In this document: piece by piece, positions 1-14,200 of the stretch
How the letters are laid out: each line of letters starts with the position of its first letter
Numbering within the stretch: the stretch's first letter is position 1
Origin: the human T2T-CHM13v2.0 reference genome, Homo sapiens
Assembly (NCBI RefSeq): GCF_009914755.1
Contig: NC_060931.1
Strand: one strand, 5' to 3'
Length of the DNA stretch: 64,000 nucleotides
Notes under the pieces: model-generated
Databases searched by the model: none
The model's input: the letters and a program-made list of their open reading frames with translations, nothing else
Told to the model about the DNA's origin: nothing
Position numbers and translations under genes: made by a program

Positions 1-841
1 CCTTGAGCTTCAGTCATGTCACTTAGCTGCTTGGAATCTCAGTTTTCCTGATATTTGCCTCTTTCTTTCTTAAAGTAAACATTGCAACTAAAGTGCTGTG
101 AACAGTAAGAAAAGATTTCTAAATCTGAGAAGAGGGTGCTTTATAACCTGGGTTTCATTTGTTAGAATAATGGTAGGCTAGTCTCATGACCCTCGTGCAC
201 TGGGATATTTGACCTGCGGGACCTCGGAGATCCCCCTGCTTCCCCCCTCCCCCCTTCCAGCTCTCTCGTGTTCTCTTTGCCTCCTCCAGGTGTTGGTTCT
301 CTCTTAAGAATCCCCAGGATGAATATGACTAAGCATTTCCTCTCGAGTAAAACGTTCTGGCACCTTTCTTCTCCCGGGGGTCATGTTTCTTAGGACATTG
401 ACCTGATGCTTGATTCTTTCCTTGTTCCAGCTTAAATTTAAGTGACTAGGTAAAATAGTAGCATGTGAATCCCGTTGATCTCTGGTGGCAGATAGAGTGG
501 TTTTTTGGCTGTCTTAATTCTTTTAAAACTGTCAGTCCCTTTACTGAAGCACCTGCTAAAGATCAGCCTGGTGTAATTTCTATGAAGAGGAGCCTCTCTG
601 TAGGCAAGTATGACAACTTTACCAATGGAAATTGTTAACATTAGGATGAGGCATGCTGCCACATGGATCAGGTGACATTTATGTATGAGAAAAAAAGTAT
701 GAGAAAAAAGTATCTGCTCCCCAAAAGAAGTCATTTACTAATTAGAATGATTTATTGTGTTTTTATTTAATAATGTGCCTTTTAATGTTCCTTCTGCCAA
801 GTTTCCACTTACAATTAGAATCTCTTTCTTTTTGTGAAAAG

Positions 842-1129
842 AATACAACTTCTCAGAATGTAAGCAAGCGGCCCATGCAGCAAATGCAGCCCACTGCGCC
901 AAGGAACAGCAATTTGCGTGAATTACCCATAGCGCCGTCACACGTGATAGAAATGAGCAGCAGCCGCTGCTCTGCCACGCCCTCAGCACAAGTGAAACCT
1001 ATCGTCAGCGCGTCACCACCCTCGCGGGCCGTGGCGGGTTCCAGAAGCTCACAGGGAAAGACGGAAGTGAAAGTCAAGCCAGCTAGCCCTGTGGCTCAAC
1101 CTAAAGAAGAGGCAAAAACAGAAACAGAG
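842..1129 (+). CDS. RBM33: RBM33 internal coding exon (NTTSQNVSKR...KEEAKTETE), 96 codons, phase 0/0
   Basis: Pyrimidine tract then AG at 840-841; GT(AGGA) donor at 1130. Open frame is part of ORF 755..1150 and joins in phase to the exon at 3984. An in-frame alternative AG lies at 855-856. Confidence 0.88.
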
Positions 1130-1375
1130 GTAGGACACTGCTCTTATTAACAAATGTTGGTCTCAAACAAGAAGCCTTAGAATCAACTTGGATGTCTTAG
1201 TTCACTCTCACTAAGTTATTCACAAAATCTTCCCACTTTTTTCACCTGGGTCTTTTTTTTTTTTTAACCTAACAGCCATGTTTATTAAAAAAACACTTGT
1301 ATTCTCACTAGTTTACAAGATTAGAGTTTATATATTTGTACAGTTACTGTTCTGTTATACAGAATTGATATATAC

Positions 1376-1600
1376 CGGGGCTTAACAAACTTTTTCTGTA
1401 AAGGGCCCAAATATTTTATAAATATTTTAGACTTTATAGTCCAGACTGTCATAATTACCCTTCTCCGCCATTTTAGCACAAAGGCAATTTAAATATAGTT
1501 CTTCCATGAATAGATGTGACTGCGTTCCGGTAAAACTTTACTTTATAAAACCAGGTGGTGGACCGGACTCAGCCTGTGGGGTGTCATGTGCTGACACCTG
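1376..1600 (+). mobile_element. MER58A-like hAT-Charlie DNA transposon remnant
   Basis: aacaaactttttctgtaaagggcc...gtgactgcgttccggtaaaacttta...aaaccaggtggtggaccggac...tgctgacacctg follows the MER58 consensus layout. Confidence 0.7.
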
Positions 1601-3983
1601 GTGAATCCCGTAGGTTTCTGTGACTTTTCTTGATTTACACTATTAACCTCTAGAAGATAGGACCAATTTTCTTGTTGGTCTTTTAAGATTTCTGGGGGTT
1701 TGCTTTGTGTTGAAGTATGATGATATATGTTGTTGCTGTTGTTCCTAATTTTTCAGTAGGCACAGAATGTAGTGAGTGTGAACAATCAATGCAGCTCAGT
1801 CTTTACCTGGCTTTAGTTGAGGCCGTCTTCTCCCACAAGCCTCAGTCTCCTCATCTGGTAAAGGAGGGTCGGCCAGGGCGGCCTGTGCAGAAGGCTGGCA
1901 CCTGGAGGGCGTGTCAGCCTTAGTGAAATGCATGTGGAGTGCTCTGAAGCAGTGCAGCGAGTTAACTTGTCCAATAGCAATGTCATGAAGAATGGCTTTA
2001 GAGAAGAATTTAGGCAAGTCATGCTTTCTTAGTTTCATAAAAACCAGTCAACACTGGTTTTACCTTTTAATCAGTTCATTTTTTTCAGTTAGATTTTCTT
2101 CTGATATATTATTGTAGCAGTTGTAATGTATTGTTTACCAAATTGGAAGTACAAAGTTGAAATATTAACATACAATGAACTCTTATTAGAACACGAGTGA
2201 CTTTTGGTTTTAAAATCAATATGTGAAAAAATAATGTAGATTTACAAACTGGATCGGAATAGTTTAGAAAGAAGTCTTTGGTAAAAGTTTTATCATACTT
2301 CTAGTGTATATAGCCAGCTCCTAACTCAGTATGTGTAACTGATTTGGTTCAGAAAAATGAAGTCACACATTCATAATAACAGGGCTACCTAATAGGGGAA
2401 GTTGCCTTTCAGGCATCCTGCTGGCACATCTGGCGATCACTTCCTTCCATGATAGTTGATTTAGGCGAACTTCTAAAGGATTCTTCCATGGAGTTATTTC
2501 AAAAAGATGCCTTGAGTGAAATGGAACCTGTAGGTCACCGTAGTATAAATGGAATGTCTTGATTTATTTTCTTTTAATTTTCTCTCTCTATATAAAGGGG
2601 ACCAGGATTATATATATTTTTTTACTTTTTAGAAGAAAGATCTTCTATTTGTTTTGCTTAGCTAAATGTGACTTATTTTCGTATGTTCACCCCTCTTGAT
2701 GATGATATAATAAAGGGTGAATCTGCTTATTTGGAGGTCTTTTCAAGTATTTCAGCTGCTGTTCTGAACATGCTTTAACTCTTCCTTGACTGCATGGGAA
2801 ATTCCGATGACTAGTAATTATTCCTGTGTTTTGAGGCAGTGGCCCCTTGGGTCCTGTGAATATGTCCCCAGCCGTCTGCTTCCCCGATGCCCATGTCCCT
2901 TGTGCCCACTATCCCCCTGGACGCCATGTCTTGCTCTGTATGCCTACCCTTGTAAACAGCCTCTCACCCACCTTCATTTTTGCAGTTTGAAATCTGCCCT
3001 AGATGTGATATTAGAGAACAGAGGTGGTCGGAATTGCTTCCAGGACGACAAGTAATCCCTGAGTGAGGGCTGGCACCGGGCACTCAAGCTCCAGGGCACC
3101 AGCCGACTCCTCAGCTGTGCTTTTGTCTTAAGTTCCTAATTCTTAAGGTTTATTTAGGGAAAGTAAGATGGTGAAATAGCTGAATTCTAGATAGATTAAA
3201 TCCTGTTACATTATTTTACACGGAGTCTGTGGATATGGATGATTTTTAAAGAATATTATTACAATTCTTTAAAAATGCTTAACTTTTTATACATTTTCCC
3301 TATTGGATGCTTTTTATTGAAAGTTACTGGAGTTTTTCAAAGATTTTTTTGTATCGACTTGAAGAATGGTTTGGAACTTGGAATATTAAAGGCGTTCCTT
3401 ATATACCATTAATATTCCAATACTGCAATCGGCAACATTTTGATTCTGAGGAGAGTGCATGAGTTCAAGGTCAGAGAGATTGACTTGTGCTGTTCATTAT
3501 AACCAATTATTCTGTGACAAATGAGTTTGAGATCAGGCTGAAAATTCTGCACGAAAAATCAATAGTTCTAATCAGAGCCTTTCAGGTCATTTACACCCCA
3601 CCTTTTGTTGGTTTGTCAGAGAAGAGCCAGATAAAACCTGTGTGACAGCAGGCCTCCCTACTGCTGCCATTCCTGTTTGAAACATATTTTGATATCTTAA
3701 ATGAATAGTTTAATTGGTTTCAAACTTGTAAATGAGTGGAAATTTACATTATTTCATTTTTAATATTCTGATAAGATTTTCCAAATTAGCTTTAGCTGTG
3801 TGGTTTTTTTCCCCCTCCCCAGAGGAAGGAGTTATACTTAAAGTCTTCAAACAGATTTTGAGTGACTTCTTTCAGATACTGAATTAAAGGACTTGTGGTA
3901 AATGTGTTCTTGTAATTTGTTGAAATAGACTATGGGCACCTTGCCTGTATAGCAAAGTAAACCGTGTATGTTTTCCATTTTAG

Positions 3984-4625
3984 TTTCCTGATGAAGATGA
4001 GGAAACAAGGTTATATCGCTTAAAGATAGAAGAACAGAAACGCCTAAGAGAAGAAATCCTGAAACAGAAGGAGTTACGGCGGCAGCAGCAGGCTGGTGCC
4101 AGGAAGAAGGAGCTGCTGGAGAGACTCGCGCAGCAACAGCAGCAGCTGTACGCTCCCCCACCCCCAGCAGAGCAGGAAGAGCAGGCACTGTCACCATCAC
4201 CCACCAACGGTAACCCACTGTTGCCCTTTCCAGGTGCACAGGTCAGACAAAATGTGAAGAACAGACTTCTTGTTAAAAACCAGGATGTCAGTATTTCAAA
4301 CGTTCAGCCCAAAACATCCAATTTTGTACCATCCAGTGCCAACATGCAGTATCAAGGACAACAGATGAAAGCACTGAAACATTTGAGACAGACCAGAACA
4401 GTTCCTCAAAGTCAGACTCAGCCGCTGCATAAAGTGCTCCCGATCAAACCTGCAGATGTGGAGGAGCCAGCTGTCCCCCAGACTCCTCGAGTGGCGTCCA
4501 TCCAGGGCCGGCCCCAGGACACAAAGCCTGGCGTGAAAAGGACTGTCACGCACAGGACAAACAGTGGTGGTGGAGACGGGCCCCACATCAGCTCCAAGGT
4601 CAGGGTGATTAAGCTGTCAGGTGGG
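3984..4625 (+). CDS. RBM33: RBM33 coding exon (FPDEDEETRLYRLKIEEQKRLREEILKQKELRRQQQ...KVRVIKLSGG): coiled coil plus Pro/Gln-rich region
   Basis: ttttccattttag acceptor (AG 3982-3983), GTAAGT donor at 4626, 642 nt open frame including ORF 4221..4634; sequence recognised as RBM33. Confidence 0.93.
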
Positions 4626-4775
4626 GTAAGTTGACAAGTTTTATGAGAGCCTCTTTGAGTCTGTGTATCACATAGAATGTCCTCATTTGCAGAGAATGTT
4701 TTTGAAGAAAGAATTAAAAGTTACCTCTGTTATAGTCTTGTAACCAATCTCTACCTACTTGAAGTTGGTATAAGA

Positions 4776-5108
4776 ATTGCCGCTTGACGACAGGCATACA
4801 TTCTCAGAAATGTGTTGTTAGGCGATTTTGTCATTGTCTGAACGTGCTAGAATGTACTTCCATACACAGACGGTACAGCCTGCTGCACACCTAGGCTATA
4901 TGGTACAGCCTGTTGCTCCCTGGCCACAAGCCTGTGCAGCATGTTACTGTGCTGAATACTATAGGCAGTTGTCACACAATGATGAGTAGTTGTGTGTCGA
5001 AATGTATCTTAGTGAAGGTACAGTAAAAATACAGTGTCATAACCTCATGGGACCGCCTTTGCAGGTGTCGCCCATCTGAGCAGAATGTTGTTATGCGGCA
5101 CATGCTTC
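4776..5108 (+). mobile_element. Tigger3a-like (TcMar-Tigger) non-autonomous DNA transposon
   Basis: cattctcagaaatgtgttgttaggcgatttt...cacacctaggctatatggtacagcctgttgctcc...gttatgcggcacatg. Confidence 0.8.
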
Positions 5109-8100
5109 AGTTTTCTCTTTTGAGTCTTAATGAAAGGCCAGTGTGACAATCCCTAAATTAGATATCACTCAGTTTTAGCTTCTTATTGTAGATAATTTGT
5201 GATAAAATCATTACGTTTGTTTTGGAAATAAATTTTCCTTTACACAAATCATTTGTGGTGTATAGCTTTAGACTCAGTGAGCAGCTGTGGGACAGTGGGA
5301 GTGGTGGGCAGTGCAGGTGTGTGTCTAATTTGAATCAGCTTTGTCCCAGACTACTGGACTACTGCTTGTTTTCTGTTTTCAGTTTGCCCCATTTAAAAAA
5401 AAAAAAGCGTCATAGAATTGAGAATTGAAGTCCTGTATGCTCTTCCCACATGCTTTCAGAAGTGGAGCATGCCTCATTTCTTTCTCTTGCTTTTCATCAT
5501 TGTCCATATCAGGTCATTTTCAGTCAGGCACAGGAAGTGCAGTTTTCCACTGTAGTTTGGATAGGTTCAGTACTCTAAAATAAAACCAGTCACTGCAGAT
5601 AGATTTCCATTGCAGAAGATTCTTCCATAAAGAAGTGATCTGTAGAACACTTGCTTCTTTATCCCACCATATAGTCTTATTAGTTGTGGTAAGTAGCTCT
5701 CATCTGTTGTTTTCATGAAAATGAATTCTATAACAAATACTATGGTCTCTGTAATTGCTCTGCCCTATAACAGTGCTATTCATTGTATGCAATTTATATT
5801 ATAAACTGAGGAAGAAAGTAGGAAAGTTGTAAACATAGGCTTCTAGAGTAAACCAGCTAGCAACGATTGCTTTAAAAGACACAAAAAATGTATACAGTAA
5901 AAAAAGAAAATAACTTATCTCTTTTAGTCCATTTCAGGATGGTAGGACATGTGATCATGTGAAGGAGAACGTTACTTCGTCTCCTTGCTTGTGCTTAAGA
6001 ATAACTCATTTTGTTAGTTGGTTAATTAGCTGAGATTTAGTGCTTTTATTTCTAGGTTTGTAGAACAAAACTTTGACTTTTTCATGTGCTATAAGAAAAT
6101 CTTTATAAAATACTGTGATTAGAAGTTCCATATGTAGACTATCCAGTAGGATAGTCTTTATCTGAATCTGTTTTCTCACATCTATTCGTTGTAATTAGAA
6201 ATGTTGAGAAGAATGGTGTTACATAAAATTGTTTTCATATTATATGAATTTGTTACCTTTAGGTGAGAACTCAAGCACTCAGTTTCTTCAGTGTTTATGG
6301 CCCTTTTGCTTTTGACCTTGTTTTTAAGTGTACTGTGTTAATCAGTGTCTCATTCTTTTACTTGTGTTACAGACTTTTTTTAAGATGAGATGTTGGCCAT
6401 TGTTGGGAATTAGGCCTTTTCCCATAGCAACCAGAACTGGTGCTGTTTGTTACAATGGCCGATGTAGAGGGCTGCATGTACTCTGCACTGGCAGGCTGGG
6501 AAGTGAAGGGTCCAGTTTCTACCATCAAAGAGCAGCTTTTACACTCATAAACAGCTTTCCTTTAAAAGAATTTTATCTACATGAATTTTTACTCTTTTTC
6601 TCCAATGGAAAAAATTTATATCAGACCTAATTCCAAAATCATGCTAATTTTACAATAAATAGGAAAAACAAAGGAATTTTTCATGAAAATAGCTGTCAAA
6701 CCAGTACTTTGGAACAGCTCTTTATCTTTTACTTCTTAAGTGTCAACTAGCCCACATGTTCGTATCTTAGGGTTTACTCAGTCCCCTCCAATAGCACATT
6801 GGCACTTTTGACCTAGCAGGGAAGATGTCTTGTTCGTATTTCTCTGAACCAGAACAAATAGGATTTGCCTAATGGCATTGTTTTTTGTTTTTTTGTGGGT
6901 GAGGACTATTTTTGAGAGAACATATTCCTAATGGTGGTTAATTGCAAATTGTGCTTATTTCAGACAATGCAAAAAGGAAGCATTTATTTTGGCTTGTGTT
7001 TCTGTTCCTGGCTGCTGGAGAGGCATTCTCTGCATATGGGGGCTGTGGTCTTAATGCTCAGGGATGTTTCCTGCCTATGAAAATCTTCAGGAGCCGAGGG
7101 CTGAGCAGACCTTGGCTGACAGGAGCTTGGCATCTGGGGAGGATTGACTTGTGCATGGCACCCATACAGGATATTATTATCTACATCTTAGTTTTACGAT
7201 TACTTACTTAATGAAAACATTTTATTGTTGGTTCGCGTTTCCCATTTTTTCTAACCTATACTATATCCTAACCTAAATTACCTCCTTCCCTTTTTTCTAA
7301 TTTAACTAGTGTAACTAAATCTAATGCATTTAATTCAATTATTCTTTGCATTCAGCAGTCTCCTATTCTTCACGTCTCTAGACAGGATAGCAAACTATCT
7401 TTGCATAGTGCCATTCAAGAACTTGTGCTCTGGTGGGTGATTGCAGTTGAAATATGTGTCCACAGGATTGTTCACATGTTTATGAAAGCACAGTTTTCTT
7501 GCCATTCTTACTATGATATACAATTTAATTAGGTTTCTGTGAGTGTACTCATGTCTGTGAGGCAATTGTGAATCAAATGGAGTTTTCTTCTATATTTTCC
7601 ATATGTCATTACTTATAATGAAATAATTTATCGTTGGGTTTTATTAAACTGGGTTTTTTGAAAGGTGAGAGAGGCTGAGTCTTAAGACCATAGGTTTTTG
7701 TAGTCTGCCCTGTGGTTAATTATATCGCCTTTCAGGTGATTTTCCTTGGTCCTTGTCATTGTAAGAGAATGTCTAGTCCTTTCTTGGTGGTCCCCTTTGT
7801 GGCTGCTGCTGCAGTATGCGTGTGCATAGGGAACATTTTCGAAAAGAGATGAGCAGCATGATTCCTGGTATTGTTTCTTACACGATTGTGTTGACTAGGG
7901 TCAACGTCTTGGTTTAAAGCTTGAAAAGTGACTATGCAGATTCAAGGGCTATTGTTGGCATTGCGTTTTGCCGTTGGCTGCTCTGAAATTTCTTGCTGTA
8001 TAGAGATTGGAGCCTTTCTCTAGGACTGAGAGCTCACCTGTGCACGCAGTCATGTGATGGGGTAAAACAGTGTGGCTTTGGGTGCAGAAAGACTCCTGTT

Positions 8101-9564
8101 TGAATAGTTGTCTGTTCTTTGGGACCCCGAACAATCATTTCATTTTTCTGAACTTTAATTTCCAATCTGCAAGTGGGGTTAGTAAGTCTGCTGTGAGGCA
8201 TCAGTAAATGAAAGCTTCTGGTACACAGAAGGCATTTCATAACTTCCCATTTTCTTTGTAGAATGCTTCTAAGGCCCCTTTTAGAAATAAATTATGTGAT
8301 TTTTATGCCAGATAATAGTAGTGGCTATTATTTATTGAGTGTTTAGCATGTACTCACAACATCCTTCTGAGGCGAGTGCGTTGAATCTCAAAGAGGCTAC
8401 GTAACCAGCCTAGGGCCGCCGCACACCTACTAGGTGGTAAAGCTGGGCTTCCACCTGTGGGTTAGTGCTGAATCTTACGCTCTTCACCCTTGTCTATGAT
8501 AGTTGTCTATTTTATCTGCTGTGTTTTTCATGGTGTTATTTGTTTCTTGATTGGGGATAATATTCTACTATTAGCAGTCTAGATTGATTCGGAAAATGCT
8601 TAATGGGGGCTCCTAGGATAATGATGATGATGATGATGATGGTTAGGTTTCATTTTGGTTGCCAGTGCAACAGACTGATAGTGACTGCCTGGAACAATAG
8701 GCTGAGAAGGATTTGATACATGAAAACGCAGCCTGGATGGTAAGTAGCCTCAGCTTTGAATATAGGCCTGGCGAGTGGCTGGGGTTCCATCATCCCGGTT
8801 CCAGAACCTGGGCCGCTGGCCCAGGAAAGGGAGTGCATATTGTGTCCTGGTTAAGAATAGCCATCACTTGCTATGTGCTGTGTGAGTCTATCCTTGAACA
8901 TTTCTGTGTGAATCAAATTAAGTCACATTTTGCATTTAAAACTTTGAAGGGAAATATTAGGGGAATTTGAAATGGAAAGAGATCTTTTGTTATGAGGCTA
9001 ATCAATTTCTGTGTACGTGAATTTCCATTTTTTTCCCACTCATTTTACTGTCTGGATTTGCTAGGTGAGATTACAAAAGGAACAAATTAATGCTGCTTAT
9101 AAGTAGTGTTAGCAGCAAATACTGCTAAAATTTTATGTGCCTTCCTGACTATTAAGTAAATAGTTCATCTGTAGAATTATATTTCATGGAATGGTTCTCT
9201 TTTAATTACTTAGAATATAGAAATATTCTCCATTTGCCCATTTCTCAGAAAGCTATTTTTCAGTGTTTAAGAAACCAAAAGAACAACCTTGTTACATTAT
9301 AATTTTGTTCATAACCTATACATAATTCCCAGAAAAACAATTCAAGTAATAACAGCAAATATAAAAAGTATAAAATATTTACTTAGTGTAAACTTATATA
9401 GTCATCTAAAACCAGTCTGTGTGATTAAACACAGGAAAAAGGAATTAGAACAAACAAGTGCCAGGGGAAATTCTTTGCCTTAGGCGGTCAGTTTCTGTCT
9501 TCCTATTTAGGGAGAATGGTATAGTCTTTGAAGTGTTTGCATCTTGGTTTTCATTTTGCATCTC

Positions 9565-9722
9565 TGTAACCTTGGTTGCCTGGCCTCAATGAATCCCAGT
9601 TTCCTCATCAGTACAATGAGAACCAACTCTCCTCCCAGGATCCTTGTAAGGATTAAACGTCATAATCATGTAAAGTTAGTGGTACAGTGCTTGAGTATGT
9701 GATAATAACTCAATAAATGTTA
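9565..9722 (+). mobile_element. MIR SINE remnant
   Basis: cagtttcctcatcagtacaatgag...ttgtaaggattaaa...catgtaaag...ctcaataaatgtt (MIR core and tail). Confidence 0.65.
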
Positions 9723-10159
9723 CCACCCTTTTAGTTGAAGGAAAAAGAAAATGGTTTTTTTTTTTTTTGGAGTGGCTGTTTATATTGATCTTTAAGAAAA
9801 TGAAAGCAAATACCAATTCAGCTGCTTTATTCTAATCAAGTTAATGAAAATTTTAAGAATTTGGCAGCAAATTAAGTAAACAGTCCTTTATTCTGTTGGC
9901 CACACAGAGAAATGGGAGCAGCACAGAATGCCCCCGCAGGAAAGCCAGCTGTCCAATTGTGATGCTCTTGTATTTTATTTTTAAAAGGCTGTCAAAATGC
10001 TGCATGCCGAAGGTCCCAGTTTATTTGTGGGATCATGCATTTATGGCTTTGGACTGCATTTGTAAATTTCTTCCCTTCCTACCTTCTCAAAAGTTACTCC
10101 CACTTTTGGAATGATATGTATATACCTGATCCGTTTTGTGGAGCTTGGGGAGGTGGGAA

Positions 10160-11200
10160 AGGGAATGTTTTAATATAATTTTAGTTTTAAGAACAGTAGG
10201 AGAAACTCTCATACGTTCTTTATCAGATTCACCAGTTGTTTACATTTTGTCAAGTTTGCTTTATCCTGGTCTGTCTTTTTGTTCATTTGCATGCACAAAA
10301 ACCTTCTTTCCCAAACCTTTGAGAGTAGGTTGGAGACATGGTGTGTTATGATTCAGCACACAGATACTCTCTTACAAAACCATATTTGTACATTATCAAA
10401 AATAAAAATTGTTGTGCACTGATACTATCATCTTATCCATAGTACATATTCAGATTTTATTCACTGGACCAATTATGTCCTCTGTAGCTAACCCCCACCT
10501 TTCAGGGTCCAGCCAGGATCATGCATTATATTCATAGTGTCCCCTAAATCTGCTGTTTCTTGCCCTTGACCTTTTGAAAGAGCAGAGGGAATGCCCTTCA
10601 ATTTGGGTTATTTTATGATTCATCCTGATCGGTTTCAGGTTGTCCATATTTGGCAGGAACACCCCAGAGGGGATATCGGGTCCTTCTTAGTGCATTCAGT
10701 TGGGAGGTTTGTCCAATATTGACAAGATTAACTTTGATGGGGCGGCGGGTGGGTAAAAGTGATGTTTGCCAAGTCTCTCCTCTGTAATGTTACAGTTTTA
10801 CCCTTTGTAATTAGTAAAGTAATTTATAGGAAGATACTTTGAGACGATTGGGACTATGTAAATATCCCATTTCTGATCAAATTTTCACTATTGTTAGCAG
10901 GCACTGAAGTTTTTCTAATGCCAACACTCCTGTATTTGTTAGCTGTCATGCTCCTGCTGTGATAATTTACACTTCTCCTTCATCTATTTGTTCATTTATT
11001 TATGTCAGTGTGGGTGTATGAATTGTTACTTTATGCAATGAACTGTCACTGTCATTATTTATGTTGATTTTAGAATTGTACCAGATTGACCAGTGAGAGC
11101 CCCTTTAAACTGGTTTCTGTGTCCTTTGATTTGTTGCCATTACTCTTGGAACATGTCCTCACTTTCTGGTGCAAGAAGATGTTCGAGCTCACCTTGTTCT
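10160..11200 (-). mobile_element. Old L1M 3' remnant (highly diverged)
   Basis: Motifs such as tttgccaagtctctcctctgtaatgttac, gatactttgagac...tatgtaaatatcccatttctgatc and tagaattgtaccagattgaccagtgagagcccctttaaactggtttctgtgtcctttg. Boundaries are approximate. Confidence 0.5.
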
Positions 11201-14200
11201 TTCTCTGTATGGGCTCTGGAATTGGTCCTGCTTCTTGGAAGCTCCAGGTCCTTAGAGTGGAGATCTGGGAGCCAGTTGTGCCCACTGCTTTTGTCTGTCC
11301 TGTCTTCTGGGCCCGCTCAGCACATTTTTGATTCTTCTACAGTGAGTTGCAAAGAAAGGAAAATGGCTCATACAGATACTGCTTTTGTACTGTATTTTTT
11401 GAAATAGGTCATTGGTGGGAATTAGGAAGTAATTTTTGCTATTTTGATTTCATTTTTTGAATTATTGTAGTTGATAGTTCTAAGAATTAAACATTACTAT
11501 TTAGATATTTAAAGTGAGTCCCTCATCCTCTATAAACCCAAACAAAAGATTGACAGTCATTATTTGCAAATTTTGTTGAGGTTCTAACCTAAGTGTTGAT
11601 ACATGGAAAGGCATGAGACACAGCTGAGCACTGAGTTGAGAGCTGGGCAGAAACGTGCATCACATGCTTCTGAGGCCGCCCATCGCCCTGTGAGAACCAC
11701 TGGTCTAAGAACCCATGGAAATTCCTCAGCACTTCGGTTGGGGTTAGAATTTGCTACTGTCACTCCTGCTCCTTCTCTGGAGGTGCCATGTTTCATGCCT
11801 CTGGCCCACTTATTACTTTGGATGCAGCTCAAGTGGGTCGTCTTCTGGGACGCCTCCCTGGATGGCCGCTCCCACGCACACTGGTTCGTCCTTTCTTTGT
11901 TCCTCTTCTGCAGCCCGATCTTCTCATCTGACCGTGTGTTTTCAGAGCCGGCTCCTGATGTTACTGCTACTTACCTGAGTGGGGTTTTGGTCTTTTTTTG
12001 TGTGTCCAGGATGTAAGGCAGTTTCAGGTACATTATAAATGTTTAAGATATTTAAATACTGTGTTAAAAATGGCAACATGGCTTGCACTCTCTTACTGAA
12101 GCATAGCAAAGGAGGAATTAGCAGTGTTCTTACCCCTTTCCCCAGTACTTCTGATGATAAAAGTAGTAGTTGTTTCTGTTGACATTTAGATGATACCAGT
12201 AAGTAAGCAAAATTTGGAAAAAGACAAAAAGCATGAATCATTACTAATTCTTCTGGGCATTATTTCCTGCAAAAATTTATTATTGCCTCCTGAAAGTCCT
12301 CCTTTCTAGATTTGCAAAATGGGATATTTCACATCCTGTTTTGCTGCTGTTTGAATTGTGTTAAGTGGCAAATCTGCAGTGGTAACTTGTTTGTGGTGAA
12401 GACCCATGCAAAGGCAGAGCCTCCACCTTGTGAGTGTCATTCAGGGGAACCCACGTTTTTTAGCCTCTAAGGTCCCGGACAGGAGGATGCCGCTGTTCTG
12501 GTCGCTTGATTTCTGGCAGAAGGTGACTTCCTAGGATGATCTCTGGCAGCGCCTGGGAGTGGATGAGTAGCAGAGCTAAGGAGGAGCTGAGAGGGGCCAG
12601 ATAGAAGCGACTCAGAAGTAGGGTTCCCAGTCTGAACTTGCCCATGAGAAGGGCAGAGCTGCAGGTGGATTTCCAACAGGCCAGTTCTGGGAAGACTAGG
12701 CAGGAAGGGAGACTGAGTGTAAATGGCTTTTGACACAGAGGTGGGGGCCACGAGAGATGCACATTCAGGTGCTTGGGGCAGGGGAGGAGCGTGGAGGCGC
12801 GGGGCAGGCACCTCATGCCTGCCAAGTTGGCTGGGTGGAGTTTGACCTCATTTGTTTAAAGGTGCTAATGAGTGGTAAAATGGCCAACAGGCAAATAGCA
12901 AAAGAGTGAAAGAAAAATAGGGCATACAGAATCCTGATTAATCACTTATTTGATAAGACGTACAGTCTAGCATCTTCCTTTTGGAGGAGAAACAGTTGTG
13001 CATGAATACTTGTTTTTAAGAGCTTTGAAATGTCTTAGTGTGGGCAGAATTGATAATTTCCAAGGAGACTACTTTTTAAGCATTCTTAATCATGTGGCCT
13101 CTAAACATGGCAAGATAGACCATTGGTCATTAGAGGACATAAATCATTTTGAACACATAAGAATTTCCATACTCATTAATTTATGATTTTTTTAGGGGTA
13201 TGATGTTAGGGAGTAAAATTAGCAGGTGAGTCAGAAATAATTCACCTTCAGCTAGGAATCAGGATTAGCTCACTCACCCACCCCAGCCAGAAGGGGAATC
13301 TGCTTTCTTCAATGTCTTAGGTAACTTCCCTCCCCTAACTTTCAACAGCCTACCCAGGTAGGATCCTGGTCACCTGTTCTGCAGAACTTGCTCAGTGCTA
13401 CAGAGCAGGTCCTTTGGAGCCACTCTTCCAGGGCAGGGTGGAAGGGCCACTTTTCAGAGCCTGGGGCTGCACCCCTCTGTGAGGGACTGTGTGGCTGGAA
13501 GAGCTAGACTTCACACCCTGCCTCATAAGCCACAGCATCTGGAGGTGCCTGGCTTACTTTAGTAATCCTTTACTTTTTAGACTGGTAGATTTGTGCTGTC
13601 GAAATTGGAGAATCCTGGGGTATGAGATCCCCTCAGAGGCTCAAGGCTTTGGTTTGTTCCTTCAAAGGTCAGCTAATCTTGCTTTTTAAAGATCTCCCCA
13701 GGCCTAGCTAATGTCAGAAAGGTAGACTGTTAAGAGAGAGAGCAAGCACTTGAATAACTGTGCCACGTTCTCACCATACCGTACTAGAAAGTCAAATGCA
13801 TGTGCTAAGAGAACCCTTTTCTTTCATGAAGCTTGGTAGTTAGGAGGTCTGTCCAACCTGGTCTCTCTAACCTTACGGATTTGGTTTTAATTCTGCCTGT
13901 GTAGACCTAGTTCCAGATAGGCAGTATTTTAGATGTAAGTGCTCCCCATGTTTTGCATGCTTACTATTTCATGAGGATAATTCATTGCAGAGAAGAAAGA
14001 GAATGTGAGCCTGTTTATTAATATTTTCTTTTACCCCCTCTTCTTTAATCCAGTAGTCTTCAGAGAAAAAAATGAGAAGCCCTAAATGTATTTATATTTA
14101 GAAACTTCGTACAGCATGCATATCATTTATTGTCCACATTTTGAGTGAGCTTTATAAAGATTACAGGGATAGGCCCAGCATTGTTGTAGTTAATAGAAAC

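Noticed and set aside
2040-2061. 9-bp hairpin aaaaccagt-caac-actggtttt resembling an intrinsic terminator
   Set aside because: Short and AT-rich, plausible by chance. Bacterial terminators are not relevant in a mammalian intron.
11740-12060. ORF cluster plus a minus-strand CAG|GTAAGT donor suggesting a hidden exon
   Set aside because: The sequence loosely follows an L2 3' end, and no consistent acceptor/donor pair or phase could be supported.
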